A stretch of DNA of 64,000 bases from assembly GCA_963717505.1 (NCBI GenBank), contig OY970342.1, forward strand, positions 448,001 to 512,000, written 5' to 3'. The position numbers and the translations under genes were made by a program. The notes beneath the pieces are model-generated. The model saw only the letters and a list, made by a program, of their open reading frames with translations, did not search any database and had not been told where the DNA came from. The DNA comes from Candidatus Eiseniibacteriota bacterium (GTDB lineage: Bacteria > Eisenbacteria > RBG-16-71-46). This document shows positions 22,874-33,900 of this stretch, in pieces (positions within the stretch are counted from its first letter, which is position 1; each line of letters starts with the position of its first letter).

Positions 22874-25800
22874 TCAGTTCAGCGTGACGATCTTGCCCAG
22901 GTAGGCCTTGCCCTGGACTTCCATGCGTGAGTAGTAGACACCCGGACCGACGATCCGGCCCGCGTGGTCGGTCCGGTCCCAGGGCACGCTGTGGAGGCCG
23001 GCCGTCGCGTCGGCATCGTAGAGCATTTTCACCCGACGACCCGCCACGTCGTAAATGCCGAGCCTGACCCGTGCCTGGGCCGGCAGCGCGAAGGTGACCA
23101 TCGTGCGCCCGAACACAGGATTCGGCGCGGCCCCGCGCAGCTCGATGGCCGCCGGCAGATTCTCGGGCGTCGAAGCGACCGGATCGCCATTGACCACGAC
23201 TTCGATGGTCGCGGCCGGACCCCAGTTGCCGGCGGCATCCTGCGCCCGCACGTGGATCTTGCGCGTCCCCGGCGGGAAGATGCCGGTGGTCAACGCGCCA
23301 CTGACCGCGACGGTCTGCGACGCGAACGCGCCCGACATGGGATTCCCGGTTCCGGCCGGCGCCGGGTTCGTGCCGTGGCTCCATTCGGCCGCCATGATGT
23401 TCGAGCCACCGCGCACCACGTCGGTCGCAGTCGCCGACACCGTGGCGGCGACCTGGTTGTTGATCGGATTCGGGCTCGTGGTCACCGAACCGGCGACGAT
23501 TGCCGGACCGAGCACGTCCCCACCGGTGCGCTGGATCGCGAACACGGCGTTGCTGGCGTCGTTGCCGGTGAAGGACGGCGTCCCGTTGTCGGCCACCCGG
23601 ATGCGCACCAGACCCTGAGAGGTGTTCGGCACACCCGCGAAGTCCCAGTTGTAGGGGCTGGCACCGGCGCTGCTGGTCAGGACGGTCCACGACGTGCCGC
23701 CATCCAGCGAGTACTCGATGGTCCGCGACCCGACGCCCGCACCATCGGTGGCTTCGCTCCACGTGATGTCCGCGGTGGCGGTGGTGATCACCTCGCCCCC
23801 GTTGGGGGACGTCACGGTCACGTTCGGCTTGTCGCGGCCGAGCAGCCAGGTCAGCGTCTTCTTCATGATGTCGGTGCGCGTTGCATCGCCGACGACGCTT
23901 GCCGGGCTGATGTTGGTCCAGTCGAAATACATGCCGACGAGTCGTGATGGCGCACCACCCCAAACACCGCTGCCCACCGTCCCCTGATTGGAGCCGCTGT
24001 CCCAGCGGATGCCGGCGTCGTCCGGCGAGCCATCCCCGCTCATCCACGCGGTGACCGCGCCGCCCAGTGGGTTGATCTCGTCTCCCGAAGCTCCGGCCCG
24101 TGGCTCACCATAGGGTACGCCGAGGGTATACGAGCCCGAGATCGGATCGCTGGCCACGCCGAACACGTTGGGCCAGGTCGGCGGATCGAGCACGTACTGC
24201 GCCTTCAAGGTGTTCTGCGTCCATAGGTCGCGTGCCACCGAGTAGTAGGGTGACGTGGGATCGGAGTTCGACCACACGATGTCGTGGCCGGTCACCGCCA
24301 GGCGGCCGCCGCCCCCGAGGTACGCCGTGATCGAGTCGCGGGCCGCATCGGGAATCGGCGGATACTGCTCGAGATCCGGCTGCCACCAGATGACGTCGTA
24401 GGAGCGCATGCCGCTGGTCAGATTGCCGAGCGGTGGGTTGGTGTTGAGCGGCGGGCCGGTCCATACGTCGTAGAGCCAGCCGAGCTGATTGAGGGCGTGA
24501 TCGTAACGAACCGCGCGATCGAAACCGTCGCCGTAGACCAGCAGCAGGTCACCGGGCGGTCGCGCGCTGACGCGGTAGTGCTCGCCGCCGTTGTCGTCGC
24601 GGGTCGTGTTGCCGTTCAAGTCGGTGGACTCGACGTCGAAGTAGTAGGTGATCCCGGAGGACAGGCCGGAAAGCAGGGCCCCGTGGCTGAACACCGCGGT
24701 GGGATCGAACGGCGAGCTGGACCCCAGGGCCGGCGTCTCGCCGTAGTAGACGCGCGACGAGGCGTTCGCGTTCGTGCTCCACACGATGGTCGCGGTGCCG
24801 CCCGCTCCCGAGAGCGCGCCGACATTGGTGATCACCGGCGCGTTCATCGACACGGTCGCGGTCTGCACCAACGATGCCACCGGGCTCGCGTCGTTGTAGG
24901 TCGCGGTCAGCACGTCGCCGTGCGACACCTGCAGCGTGCCGTCACCGCCGCTGCCCTCGACCGGTGACAAGGCCAACAGACCGGTGTAGATCCCGTTCGA
25001 TCCGGCAAGCGTCACGGTTTCACCGCCGGGCTCGGTGGTCGAGCCGACGGTGACGTTCACGCTCGGACCGCCGTTGGTGTCGGTGACCTGCAGCTCGACC
25101 GTGCTGGTCGAGCCATAGTCGGCGCGATCCAGCGACAGCATGCCGGCGCTGGTGCCGACGCCGCCGGTGATGCACAGCCCGAACGGCTGGGGTCCGGACG
25201 GCACGTTCACGCCCTCGATGCGCACCGTCCACAAGCCCGGAGGGCAGTTCCTGATCAGCACGCATTCCTCGACGTTGCGGATGTCGTAGCTGCCGCTGTT
25301 CGGGAACGAGAAGCCGCCGGTGTAGACGTTGCCCTTGTAGGTGGTAGCGCCGTTGGACACCGTCAGGTCGAGGTTGTTGACCAGCTGGACGGTCGAGGTC
25401 GGGTTCGCCGGGTAGTCGGTCCAGACCAGCGACACCTCGAGGTGCGACGAATCGTTGACCACCTGCACCTTGTATTCGATCGCGTCGCCGTGGCCGAGAC
25501 CCTCGGTGAAGTCCACGAGCAGGAGCCGCTTGACGTCGCCGACGAAGAACAACGCGGAGTCCGCCGCCACGCGTCCCCAGCCGACGTTGAAGTCCGGCGC
25601 GATCGTGCTGGTCACACGGTTGGTACCGGAGTTGACCACGATCGCCTTGAGCAGCGCGGCCGACGGCGTGAAGCCGTTGGCGGGCACTTTGGCGCCGGTC
25701 GGATACCAGCCTTCGGTGCAGTACTGGCGCATCAGTCCGGCCATGCCCGCGGTCGCCGGGCACGACATCGAGGTGCCGGCGAGCGCGACGTAACCGGCAG

Positions 25801-27589
25801 GGCCCGCGTTCGCGGAGGTCAGCGACGACGCCGGGGCGACCACCGTGGGCTTGCGGCGCGCGTCATCGGTCGGGCCGCGGCTCGAGGAGGCATACATGGA
25901 ATTCTGACCGGTTCCGTTGAGCGTGCCGCCGACGCTCACGCAGTTCTTGGCCGAGGCGGGCGAACCGACCGTGTTGCCGGCCGGGCCCGAGTTGCCGTTC
26001 GAGAAGAACACCAGGAAGTCGGGGTGGTCCCACATGAACTGGTCCAGGTTCGCCGAATCGACCGTGTACGCACCGCCGACCGGGGCGCCCCAGGAGTTCG
26101 TCGAAATCCGCGCCGCGCCGCCGGCGTTGCCGGTGTAGGCGGGCTGGAACAGATCATTGAGATCGACCGGCGGCGCGAGCCCGTTGCCGAGCGCCGCACC
26201 GGACAGGTCGGTGTGCCAGATCTTGCCCTCGCGGCTCAGGCCCTCGAACGAGGACGCCGGCGGCACGGGATCGCGCCCGGCCGTGGTGCCGCTGGTGTGG
26301 GTGCCGTGCCACGCGCCATGGTCGCCGAACTGGATGTCGGGAGTCGTCCCCGCGTTCTCGTAGGCAATGACCTTGCGGTGGGTCGGATACTGGCCGAACG
26401 TGGTGAGCGGTACCGCCGGGTCGTTGAACAACTCGTGCGTCAGGTCGATGCCGCTGTCCGAGTGATGGAAGACCTGGCCTTCGCCGTTGAGCCCCAGTGT
26501 CCAAAGCCTGCGATTGTTGGTCGCACCGGTCTGCACCACCCACTGCGCGTTGATGTTGTCCATGATCGGCTGCACGTAGGGCTCGATCCACTGAACGTCA
26601 TCGTGCGCGGCGATCGCGGGGACCGCGGCGCCGGACAAGCGAATTCGCAGGATGCGGTTGATGCCATTGTCGGACCGCGCCAGGACCTCACCGCCGGCCG
26701 CCCGGACCGCGGCCTCGATCGAGGCGAGATCGCCGTCGGCGAACGCCAGCACCGTGGCCACGCCGGATTCAGGCGAGCGATCGAGCCGATCACTCAACTT
26801 GTAGTCGGCGACGTACTCTCCCGTCCACGCGATTCCGCCGTCGGCAATGACTCCGCGTCCCGGCGAGACACGGACCAGGAACGTCTGATCGGGAACGTAG
26901 GCGACGATCTGGCCACCGGACCGAAGGATGGACTCGCGAACCTGGTTCGGATCCTCGTCGCCATAGTGAACGAGCACGTTGCGCGGCGAGCGCGGGGTTT
27001 CGCCGGGACGCGAGGCGGCGAGCGGGGCCACCGCCGAGCCTGCACCCGTTCGCGGATCGATCTCGAAGCCCGATGCCAGGCGGATCCGCTTGGGTTCGGA
27101 GGCCGCGCGCGGGGTCATACGCGCGATCGGCGAAGCCTGCAGGTAGGGCGTCGGTGTGAGGCGATTCGCGAACTTGGGCAACACGTGGACGCGCCGGGTG
27201 TCGCTGAACGACATCTGACGCTCGGTCCCCGAGCCTACCGCCCAATAGAGGTCGCTGGCGGAGTCGACCGTGATGCCCAGCTCGGACAGCGACGCCACCG
27301 GCTGGGTGACTTCGATCACCCGATAGTCGGCGCCCCCCGGGGAGCGCGACCAGGCACGAGCGTCGAACGGCGTCCGGCTGACCACCACGACGTGCCGGTC
27401 TGCGCCGGCGACCGGCAACCAGGCCAGGCGAAGACCCGATTCGGTCGCGACGGCGCCGGGCTCGGGGCTCACCGGCGTCGGAGCCTTGAGCTTGCCCCCA
27501 GGAAGAGCCGCCCATGCCGCGGCGGCATTGAGCGCAAACGCGACGAGCAGCAACGAAGCTCGGACTGTGTTCGTTCGGCGCGAAGTCAT
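22874..27589 (-). CDS. Large secreted S8 subtilase with FN3/Ig-like domains and a FlgD/T9SS-type C-terminal domain
   Basis: Signal peptide; DSG, HGTHT and GTSMSCP triad; C-terminus APNPVFGRTMVTFALP...IYDVAGRRV...WDRTD...GVYY. Confidence 0.92.
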   Translation of the reverse strand: MTSRRTNTVRASLLLVAFALNAAAAWAALPGGKLKAPTPVSPEPGAVATESGLRLAWLPVAGADRHVVVVSRTPFDARAWSRSPGGADYRVIEVTQPVASLSELGITVDSASDLYWAVGSGTERQMSFSDTRRVHVLPKFANRLTPTPYLQASPIARMTPRAASEPKRIRLASGFEIDPRTGAGSAVAPLAASRPGETPRSPRNVLVHYGDEDPNQVRESILRSGGQIVAYVPDQTFLVRVSPGRGVIADGGIAWTGEYVADYKLSDRLDRSPESGVATVLAFADGDLASIEAAVRAAGGEVLARSDNGINRILRIRLSGAAVPAIAAHDDVQWIEPYVQPIMDNINAQWVVQTGATNNRRLWTLGLNGEGQVFHHSDSGIDLTHELFNDPAVPLTTFGQYPTHRKVIAYENAGTTPDIQFGDHGAWHGTHTSGTTAGRDPVPPASSFEGLSREGKIWHTDLSGAALGNGLAPPVDLNDLFQPAYTGNAGGAARISTNSWGAPVGGAYTVDSANLDQFMWDHPDFLVFFSNGNSGPAGNTVGSPASAKNCVSVGGTLNGTGQNSMYASSSRGPTDDARRKPTVVAPASSLTSANAGPAGYVALAGTSMSCPATAGMAGLMRQYCTEGWYPTGAKVPANGFTPSAALLKAIVVNSGTNRVTSTIAPDFNVGWGRVAADSALFFVGDVKRLLLVDFTEGLGHGDAIEYKVQVVNDSSHLEVSLVWTDYPANPTSTVQLVNNLDLTVSNGATTYKGNVYTGGFSFPNSGSYDIRNVEECVLIRNCPPGLWTVRIEGVNVPSGPQPFGLCITGGVGTSAGMLSLDRADYGSTSTVELQVTDTNGGPSVNVTVGSTTEPGGETVTLAGSNGIYTGLLALSPVEGSGGDGTLQVSHGDVLTATYNDASPVASLVQTATVSMNAPVITNVGALSGAGGTATIVWSTNANASSRVYYGETPALGSSSPFDPTAVFSHGALLSGLSSGITYYFDVESTDLNGNTTRDDNGGEHYRVSARPPGDLLLVYGDGFDRAVRYDHALNQLGWLYDVWTGPPLNTNPPLGNLTSGMRSYDVIWWQPDLEQYPPIPDAARDSITAYLGGGGRLAVTGHDIVWSNSDPTSPYYSVARDLWTQNTLKAQYVLDPPTWPNVFGVASDPISGSYTLGVPYGEPRAGASGDEINPLGGAVTAWMSGDGSPDDAGIRWDSGSNQGTVGSGVWGGAPSRLVGMYFDWTNISPASVVGDATRTDIMKKTLTWLLGRDKPNVTVTSPNGGEVITTATADITWSEATDGAGVGSRTIEYSLDGGTSWTVLTSSAGASPYNWDFAGVPNTSQGLVRIRVADNGTPSFTGNDASNAVFAIQRTGGDVLGPAIVAGSVTTSPNPINNQVAATVSATATDVVRGGSNIMAAEWSHGTNPAPAGTGNPMSGAFASQTVAVSGALTTGIFPPGTRKIHVRAQDAAGNWGPAATIEVVVNGDPVASTPENLPAAIELRGAAPNPVFGRTMVTFALPAQARVRLGIYDVAGRRVKMLYDADATAGLHSVPWDRTDHAGRIVGPGVYYSRMEVQGKAYLGKIVTLN

Positions 27590-27789
27590 GACTCCTCCAA
27601 AGATGATCAGCCTGGCGGTCGCAGCGAGCCAGGCACGCCGAAGGGGTGGCGCACCGGAGGGGACTCGAGCGAACGTTATGAACGAGGCGGGGATAACCCG
27701 ACCCCGTAGCCCTGCATGCGATTGAACGGGGGCATTATCTCAGACTCCCCAGCCCCGGCGGGATGGGTTTTTTGGGACGTCACCAGCCC

Positions 27790-29215
27790 CTAGCGGGCGG
27801 CCCGGGCCTCTTGGCGCATCAGGTGGACCGCCAGCCCCTCGGCATCCTCGGCGGCCTCGCCGATCGCCTCGGAAAGGGTTGGGTGGGCGTGGATCGCCAG
27901 CGCCAGATCGCGCACGTTGAGGTCGGCGGCGATCGCCAGCGCGCACTCGTGGATCAGCTCGCTGGCCTTGGCGCCAATGATGTGGGCGCCGAGCACCTGG
28001 TCCGGTCTGCTGCGTCGCCGACGATCTTGACGAAACCGGCCGTCTCGCCGTCGGCGATGTTGCGGCCGTGCGCGCGGAACGGGAAGCGGCCGACCTGGAC
28101 CGTGCGTCCCTGCGCCTTGGCCTCGCGCTCGGTCAGTCCGACGCTCGCGATCTCTGGATTGGTGAAGGTCGCCGCCGGAACCGCGCGCCAGTTGGTCTGC
28201 GCCGGATGGCCGGCGATCAGCTCGGCCGCCGCCTTGCCCTGAGCCGAGGCGAAGTGCGCGAGCTGCTTGATGTCGGTGACGTCGCCGATCGCATAGACGC
28301 CCTTGACCGAAGTCTGCAACCGGTCGTTGACGATGATCTTGCCGCGATCGCCGCGCGCAACCCCGAGCGTCTCGAGGCCCAGACGTGTCGGCGTACGGCC
28401 GTCGCCCGGTGGCGACCAGCACTGTGTCGACCGTGACGCGTCGTACCGCCGGTCAGCGTCAGTACCCGCGTACCGCCGTCGCCGTCCTTCATGTCTTCGA
28501 CCTTGGTGTTGAGATGGAGGTCGATCCTCTGCTTCTTCATCTCGCGCTCGAGCGTCTGGGCGATCTCGTCGTCCTCGGCCGGCACCAGTCGCGGCAGCAT
28601 CTCGATCAGCGTGACCTGGGTACCGATCGCCGCGAAGAAACAGGCGAACTCGGTGCCGACCACGCCGCCCCCGAGCACCGCGATCCGCTTGGGTTGCTTG
28701 GACAGATCGAGCGCTTCCTTGCTGGTAATCACGCGCTCGCCGTCGAGCTTGAAACCGGGCGGCATGGTGGCGTCGGCGCCGGTCGCCACGATCACGTGCT
28801 CGGCCGGGATCTCGGTCTTGCGGCCATCGGCCGCCGTGACCACCACACGATTGGCGGAGGCGAGCCTGGCGGTGCCGCGATGGATGTCGACGCCGCGACC
28901 GGCGAGCAGCGCCTTGACCCCGCCGGTGAGCTGCTTCACCACTTTGTTCTTGCGCTCGACCAGCATCGGCCAGTTGATCTTGGGCTCGCCGACGTCGATG
29001 CCGAACTCCTTGGCACGCCGGATCTGCTCGTAGAGGTGGGCGGTGACGATCCACGCCTTGGTCGGGATGCAGCCCCAGTTGAGGCAGGTGCCGCCCAGTT
29101 CATCCTTCTCGACCACGGCGGTCTTCAAACCGAGTTGCGCAGCCCGGATCGCGGCGACGTAGCCGCCCGGGCCGGTACCGATCACGACAACCTGATATTG
29201 GCTGGTTTCGGGCAT
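27790..29215 (-). CDS. lpdA: Dihydrolipoyl dehydrogenase (frameshifted in this assembly)
   Basis: IGTGPGGYVAA, GGTCLNWGCIPTK, GGGVVGTE, YAIGDV and HAHPTLSE spread over several frames. Confidence 0.92.
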
Positions 29216-29350
29216 GACCGAATCTCGCGTTGGAGTGGGAAGGGCTGGCGGATGACGGGCAACAGTAGGAACGTGGGTGCGTGGGTGTCAACGCAGGCCG
29301 ATGCGAACGCCTGGGACCTCGGGCCCGCATTCCTCTAGATTCGCAGCGTC

Positions 29351-30010
29351 ATGCGCCAGGTTGCGGTTTTCGCCAGATGGCCGGTCGCCAGCGCGGTCAA
29401 GACTCGGCTCCACTCCGTGCTCGGTCCCGAACTGGCGGCGCGCCTGCACACCGGCATGCTGCACGACGCTTTCGCCGCCGCGACCGGGGCAACTGTCGAG
29501 CGCTCTTTCATCTACTGGGCCGATCGGCCGGCCGGCGCCCCGCCGTTTCCTTCGCCCGCAGGCATGATCGTTCGCGAGCAACGTGGGGCGAACCTCGGCG
29601 CGCGAATCGAGTCGGCATTCAATGAGCTGCTCCCGGACGCAGTGAGTCGAGCGGTGGTGATCGGCGCGGATTGCCCCGAGCTGACCGCTGCCCACCTCGA
29701 TCAGGCGTTCCGCGAGCTCGAGCATCGCGAGCTGGTGCTGGCACCCGCCGAAGATGGCGGCTACTCGCTGATCGGTCTCTCCCGGCGCGCACCTGAGTTG
29801 TTCCGCGAGGTCGCCTGGGGCACGGAATCGGTGCTGTCCGAGACTCTGGAACGCGCCGAACGGTCTCGATTACGTGCGACTCTGCTCGCACGCACGCGGG
29901 ACCTCGATCAGCCGGCCGATCTGTTGGCGTTCCTCGCGCGCGCGTCTCGCGCGCCCGACCTGGCGCCCCACACACGGACCGCGTTGCGGGCGATGAATCT
30001 TCTTCCCTGA
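29351..30010 (+). CDS. DUF2064/TIGR04282-like glycosyltransferase
   Basis: VFARWP...VKTRL, QRGANLGARI, IGADCP, LAPAEDGGYSLIG, WGT, DLDQPADL. Confidence 0.85.
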   Translation: MRQVAVFARWPVASAVKTRLHSVLGPELAARLHTGMLHDAFAAATGATVERSFIYWADRPAGAPPFPSPAGMIVREQRGANLGARIESAFNELLPDAVSRAVVIGADCPELTAAHLDQAFRELEHRELVLAPAEDGGYSLIGLSRRAPELFREVAWGTESVLSETLERAERSRLRATLLARTRDLDQPADLLAFLARASRAPDLAPHTRTALRAMNLLP

Positions 30011-30052
30011 CGGCGGAACCGCCTGCCCAGTGCCACTGATCGCTGCAGGGCG

Positions 30053-30853
30053 CTAGGGCGAATTCCCCGGGAGCGGCGTCGGCGTGCGTCCGGTCGCCTG
30101 CTGCAGTCGCTTCATGGCGTCGATGATCACCGGCTTCATGTCTTCGGGCGGGTTGCTGGCCAGTGCGCGGTGGAAGTACTTGAGCGACTCGTCGTACTCC
30201 TTGCGCCGCTCGTGCAGGATGCCCAGGTTGAACAGCGCGACCGGCTGAGTCGGATCGCGCGCCAACGCCAGATGGAACAGTCGTTCCGCCTCGACGCCTT
30301 CGCCCAGGTTGTAGTAGCAGACGCCGAGATCCACGAGTGCGGTCACCCGGGTCGAGTCCTGAGCTACCGCTTTCGAGTAGTGGACAGCGGCCTGCTGCCA
30401 GTTGCCGGTGTCGTAGAGCACGTCGGCGAGCGCGATACGAGCCTCGATGTTGGTCGTGTCGCGTTCGAGAACGGTCAGCAGCTCGTCCGCGCGTTGCTGT
30501 TGCTCGGGGGCTGCGCCCTCGACCGGCTCGCGCCCGCGGTCGATGTTCGCCTTGACCCCGGTGTAGATCACGACCGCGGCCGCGATCCCGGCGAACACGA
30601 GCCACAGGCTCGTGGCCTGCTGCTGCATGCGCGGTCGGGGCCGGCGGGGTCGAAACGGCGGCAGAGGCGAAGTTCCACCGGACGCCGGAGCCACGCTCGA
30701 AACCGGTTCACTCGCCGGCGCCGGGTCCTCCGGGCGCGGCGGGTCCGATTCTGCGCCCACCGGGGCGGACAGCGGAAAGTTGCAGCGGGCGCAGCTCGTG
30801 CTGCCCGCGGGGTTGGCGTGCCCGCAATCGGGGCAGCGGAGTTCGTCGCTCAT
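30053..30853 (-). CDS. Zn-ribbon + TM + TPR protein
   Basis: CPDC...CARC, one TM helix, TPR repeats (ALVDLGVCYYNLG, ALFNLGILH). Confidence 0.85.
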   Translation of the reverse strand: MSDELRCPDCGHANPAGSTSCARCNFPLSAPVGAESDPPRPEDPAPASEPVSSVAPASGGTSPLPPFRPRRPRPRMQQQATSLWLVFAGIAAAVVIYTGVKANIDRGREPVEGAAPEQQQRADELLTVLERDTTNIEARIALADVLYDTGNWQQAAVHYSKAVAQDSTRVTALVDLGVCYYNLGEGVEAERLFHLALARDPTQPVALFNLGILHERRKEYDESLKYFHRALASNPPEDMKPVIIDAMKRLQQATGRTPTPLPGNSP

Positions 30854-30933
30854 CGGCGCGATCCTAGGAGGCGATCGTGCTCGAGGCAAGCGATTGCCGC
30901 CCGGGGACGCGTTTGTTAGCGTCGGCGGACTTC

Positions 30934-33900
30934 ATGACCACCTCCCGAACCGCGCTCCTCGCGTGCGCGCTTGCGTTGTTCCTCGCGGCGGCCGCCCGCG
31001 CGGACGACACGACCCGAGTCGTCCTGCTCCACACGACCGATCTGCACGGATCGCTCATGGCCTGGGACTACGCCCAGGACCGAGCCGCCGAGCGCGGGCT
31101 CGCCAAGCTCTCGTCGGTGATCAAGGCCATACGGGCCGAGCAGCACCCGACGATTCTGGTCGACGCCGGGGACGCGCTCGAAGGCGGCATCGAGACCCTC
31201 CGGCGTCCCGGATCCGATCTGGGGCCCGATCCGATGATCGTGGCCATGAGTGCAATCGGCTACGACGCGATGATCCCCGGCAACCACGAGTTCGATCAGG
31301 GCGTCCAGATGCTCGAGGAGAGTCGGAAGGAATCCGCCTTCCCCTGGATCTCGGCCAACGTGTCGAACGCCAAGGACGGCCGGCTCTCGTTCCTGCCGTC
31401 GAAGGTGATCGAGGCCGGCCCGGTTCGCATCGGCATCGTCGGCGTGACCACGCCGGCCACCCCGAGATTCCTGCCCGCCTCGGCCGTCGATCGATACCAC
31501 TTCGACGATCCGGTCGAGGCCGCGCTCGCCGAAGTCGAGCGCCTGCACAAGTCCGAGAATTGCGACGCCGTGGTGCTGGTCGCGCACATGGGCCTGGCTC
31601 GCGATCCAGCGACGGGTGGCCCGCGCGGCGGGGACGCCCCCGGCGAGAATCAGGGGGAAGCGCTCGCGGCGATTCCCTACGTCGACGTGCTGGTGCTCGG
31701 CCACACGCACGCGACCATCGACTCGATGTCGATCGGCGGGGTGCTGGTGGCGCAGGCCGGCGCGCGCGGCGAGCGACTCGGGCGCATCGATCTGACCTTC
31801 ATCCGCTCGGACACTTCGGGCAGCTTCCGGTTGCGGTCGAAGCAGTCGCGCACGATTCCGGTGACCGCGTGGAATGCCGAAGATCCGGTGATCACCTGGG
31901 AGGCTAGGGGACCACACGAGGGGACCCGAAAGGCACTGGCGCAAACCGCTGGGCGTACATCACGACCGCTGACCTCGCCGCGCGGCCGTTACGCTCCGGG
32001 TCCGGTCTGGGACCTGATCCAGCGCGCCCAGCGTTGGGCGACCGGCGCCGAGGTTTCGTTGGCGGCGCTTCCCGAACCCGCGGTGACGGTGGCGCCGGGC
32101 AACGTGACGTGGCGCGACCTCACGCGTCTCTACCCCTACGACAACGCGCTCGAAGTGCTGGAGCTTTCCGGGGAGCAATTGCGCGAGGCCCTCGAGTGGT
32201 CGGCCCGCTACTTCGAGACCTATCACTTCGCGCCGGGGGCGCCGATTGCGGTGGCCGGGATGCCCGGCTTCGCGTTCGACGCCGCGTCGGGCGTCGAGTA
32301 CACGGTCGATCTGACGAAGCCCCCGGGTGCCCGCATCGTCGGCTTGAGTTTCGCCGGCGCGCCGCTCGCGCCCGACCGCAAGTTGCGCGTGGCGGTCAAC
32401 GCCTATCGCGCGAACGGCGGCAATGGCTACGACATGCTGCGCGGCGCGAAGCGTTTGCCGCACGCCCCGTCCAAGGATGCGCGCAAGGCGCTCAAGCAGG
32501 CGGGGTTCGGAAACGCGCCGCACGTGCGTGACGCAATCGCCGCGTGTCTGGCCTCGGGTGCGTGGGATGGCTCGTCTCAGTCGAGCTGGCGACTGCTGCC
32601 CGACTACCTCGATCTACCCGAGCGCAGCCTGCTCGATCGACTGGTCCGCTTCCGCGCGCTGCCGGCGGATTCGCTGGCTTCGGCCGAGTTCCATCAGCCG
32701 GCGAGCGCCGCAGAGCTGTCGCGCTGGCTCGGCCGCGCGTTCGGCAACCCAGGATCCGGAGCCAGCGATCCCCTGACGCTCGACGGCGCGGCACGGGCGA
32801 TCGAGTCGGCCGCCGCCTCGGCGCTCTCGCTGGGCGACGAGGCCGCGCGCGCCTCGTTCCGCAGCGGGCTGGTCACCGGGACCAGTCTCGCCGGCGCCGA
32901 GCGAAGCGAAGCGCCCCTGACGCGCGCCCAGGCCCTGGCGCTGATCGCCAACGCCCGCTTCCCATGGATTCGCGTGCTGGAGACCACGGACTTTCACGGC
33001 GCGATTCTCGGCGGCTCGACCGATCGCGACAGCGACAAGCCGATCGGCGGATCGGTCGCGGTCGCGGCGTGGATCCAGCGCCTGCGCGCCGAGAATCCTG
33101 AAGGCACGCTTCTGATCGACGGCGGCGACCTGTTCCAGGGCACCATGATCTCGAACTTCCAGTTCGGCGCCCCGGTGGTCGAGCAGATGAACGCGCTCGG
33201 TTACGCCGCGACCGTGATCGGCAACCACGAGTTCGACTGGTCGGCCGACACCCTGGCCCGCCGCGTGTCCGAGATGAACTTCGTGGCGCTGGGCGCCAAC
33301 ATTCGCGAGAAGCGAACCGGCCGAATCCCGGCCTGGGCGCGCGCCGACACGGTGGTGGTGCGGCGCGGCGTGCGGTTCGGGATTCTCGGCCTGTGCTACC
33401 GCTACACCCCTTCGGTGACGCTCTCCAAGTTCGTCAGCCATCTCGAGTTCCTCGATGACTCCCTGGTCGCGGTCGAGCGGGTGCCCGAGTTGCGCAGCCG
33501 CTCCGATCTGGTGGTCGGGATCGGCCACCTGCCGTGCACCTCCAATCGCGAGCGCCAGGCGCGCGGCGGCGATCTGGTGCGGCTGGCCCGTGCGGTTCCC
33601 GGGGTGGCCGCCTGGTTCGGCGGCCATAGCCACAACGCGGTGGTGGACCAGCCGGGCGGACTTCCGGTTGCGATCGCGAGCTCGCACGGGCGGCACATCG
33701 CGGTGTGCGACCTGTTGGTCGACGCCGTCCGCGATTCGGTGCTCGAGCGCGCGATCCGCCTCCAGGACGTGTGGGCCGACTCGCTGCCGGCGGACCCGGC
33801 GTGGACCGAACGGGTCGAGCGCTGGAACCGCGATGTGGCGCCGATCGCGTCCCAGCCGCTCGGGCGCAACGCGCGGGCGATGCTGCGCAACCGGAACGGC

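Noticed and set aside
29351-30010. TIGR04282-like transferase as part of a selenium/arsenosugar cluster
   Set aside because: Partner radical SAM and TIGR04283-like genes are not adjacent; it is 32 kb from the selenoprotein
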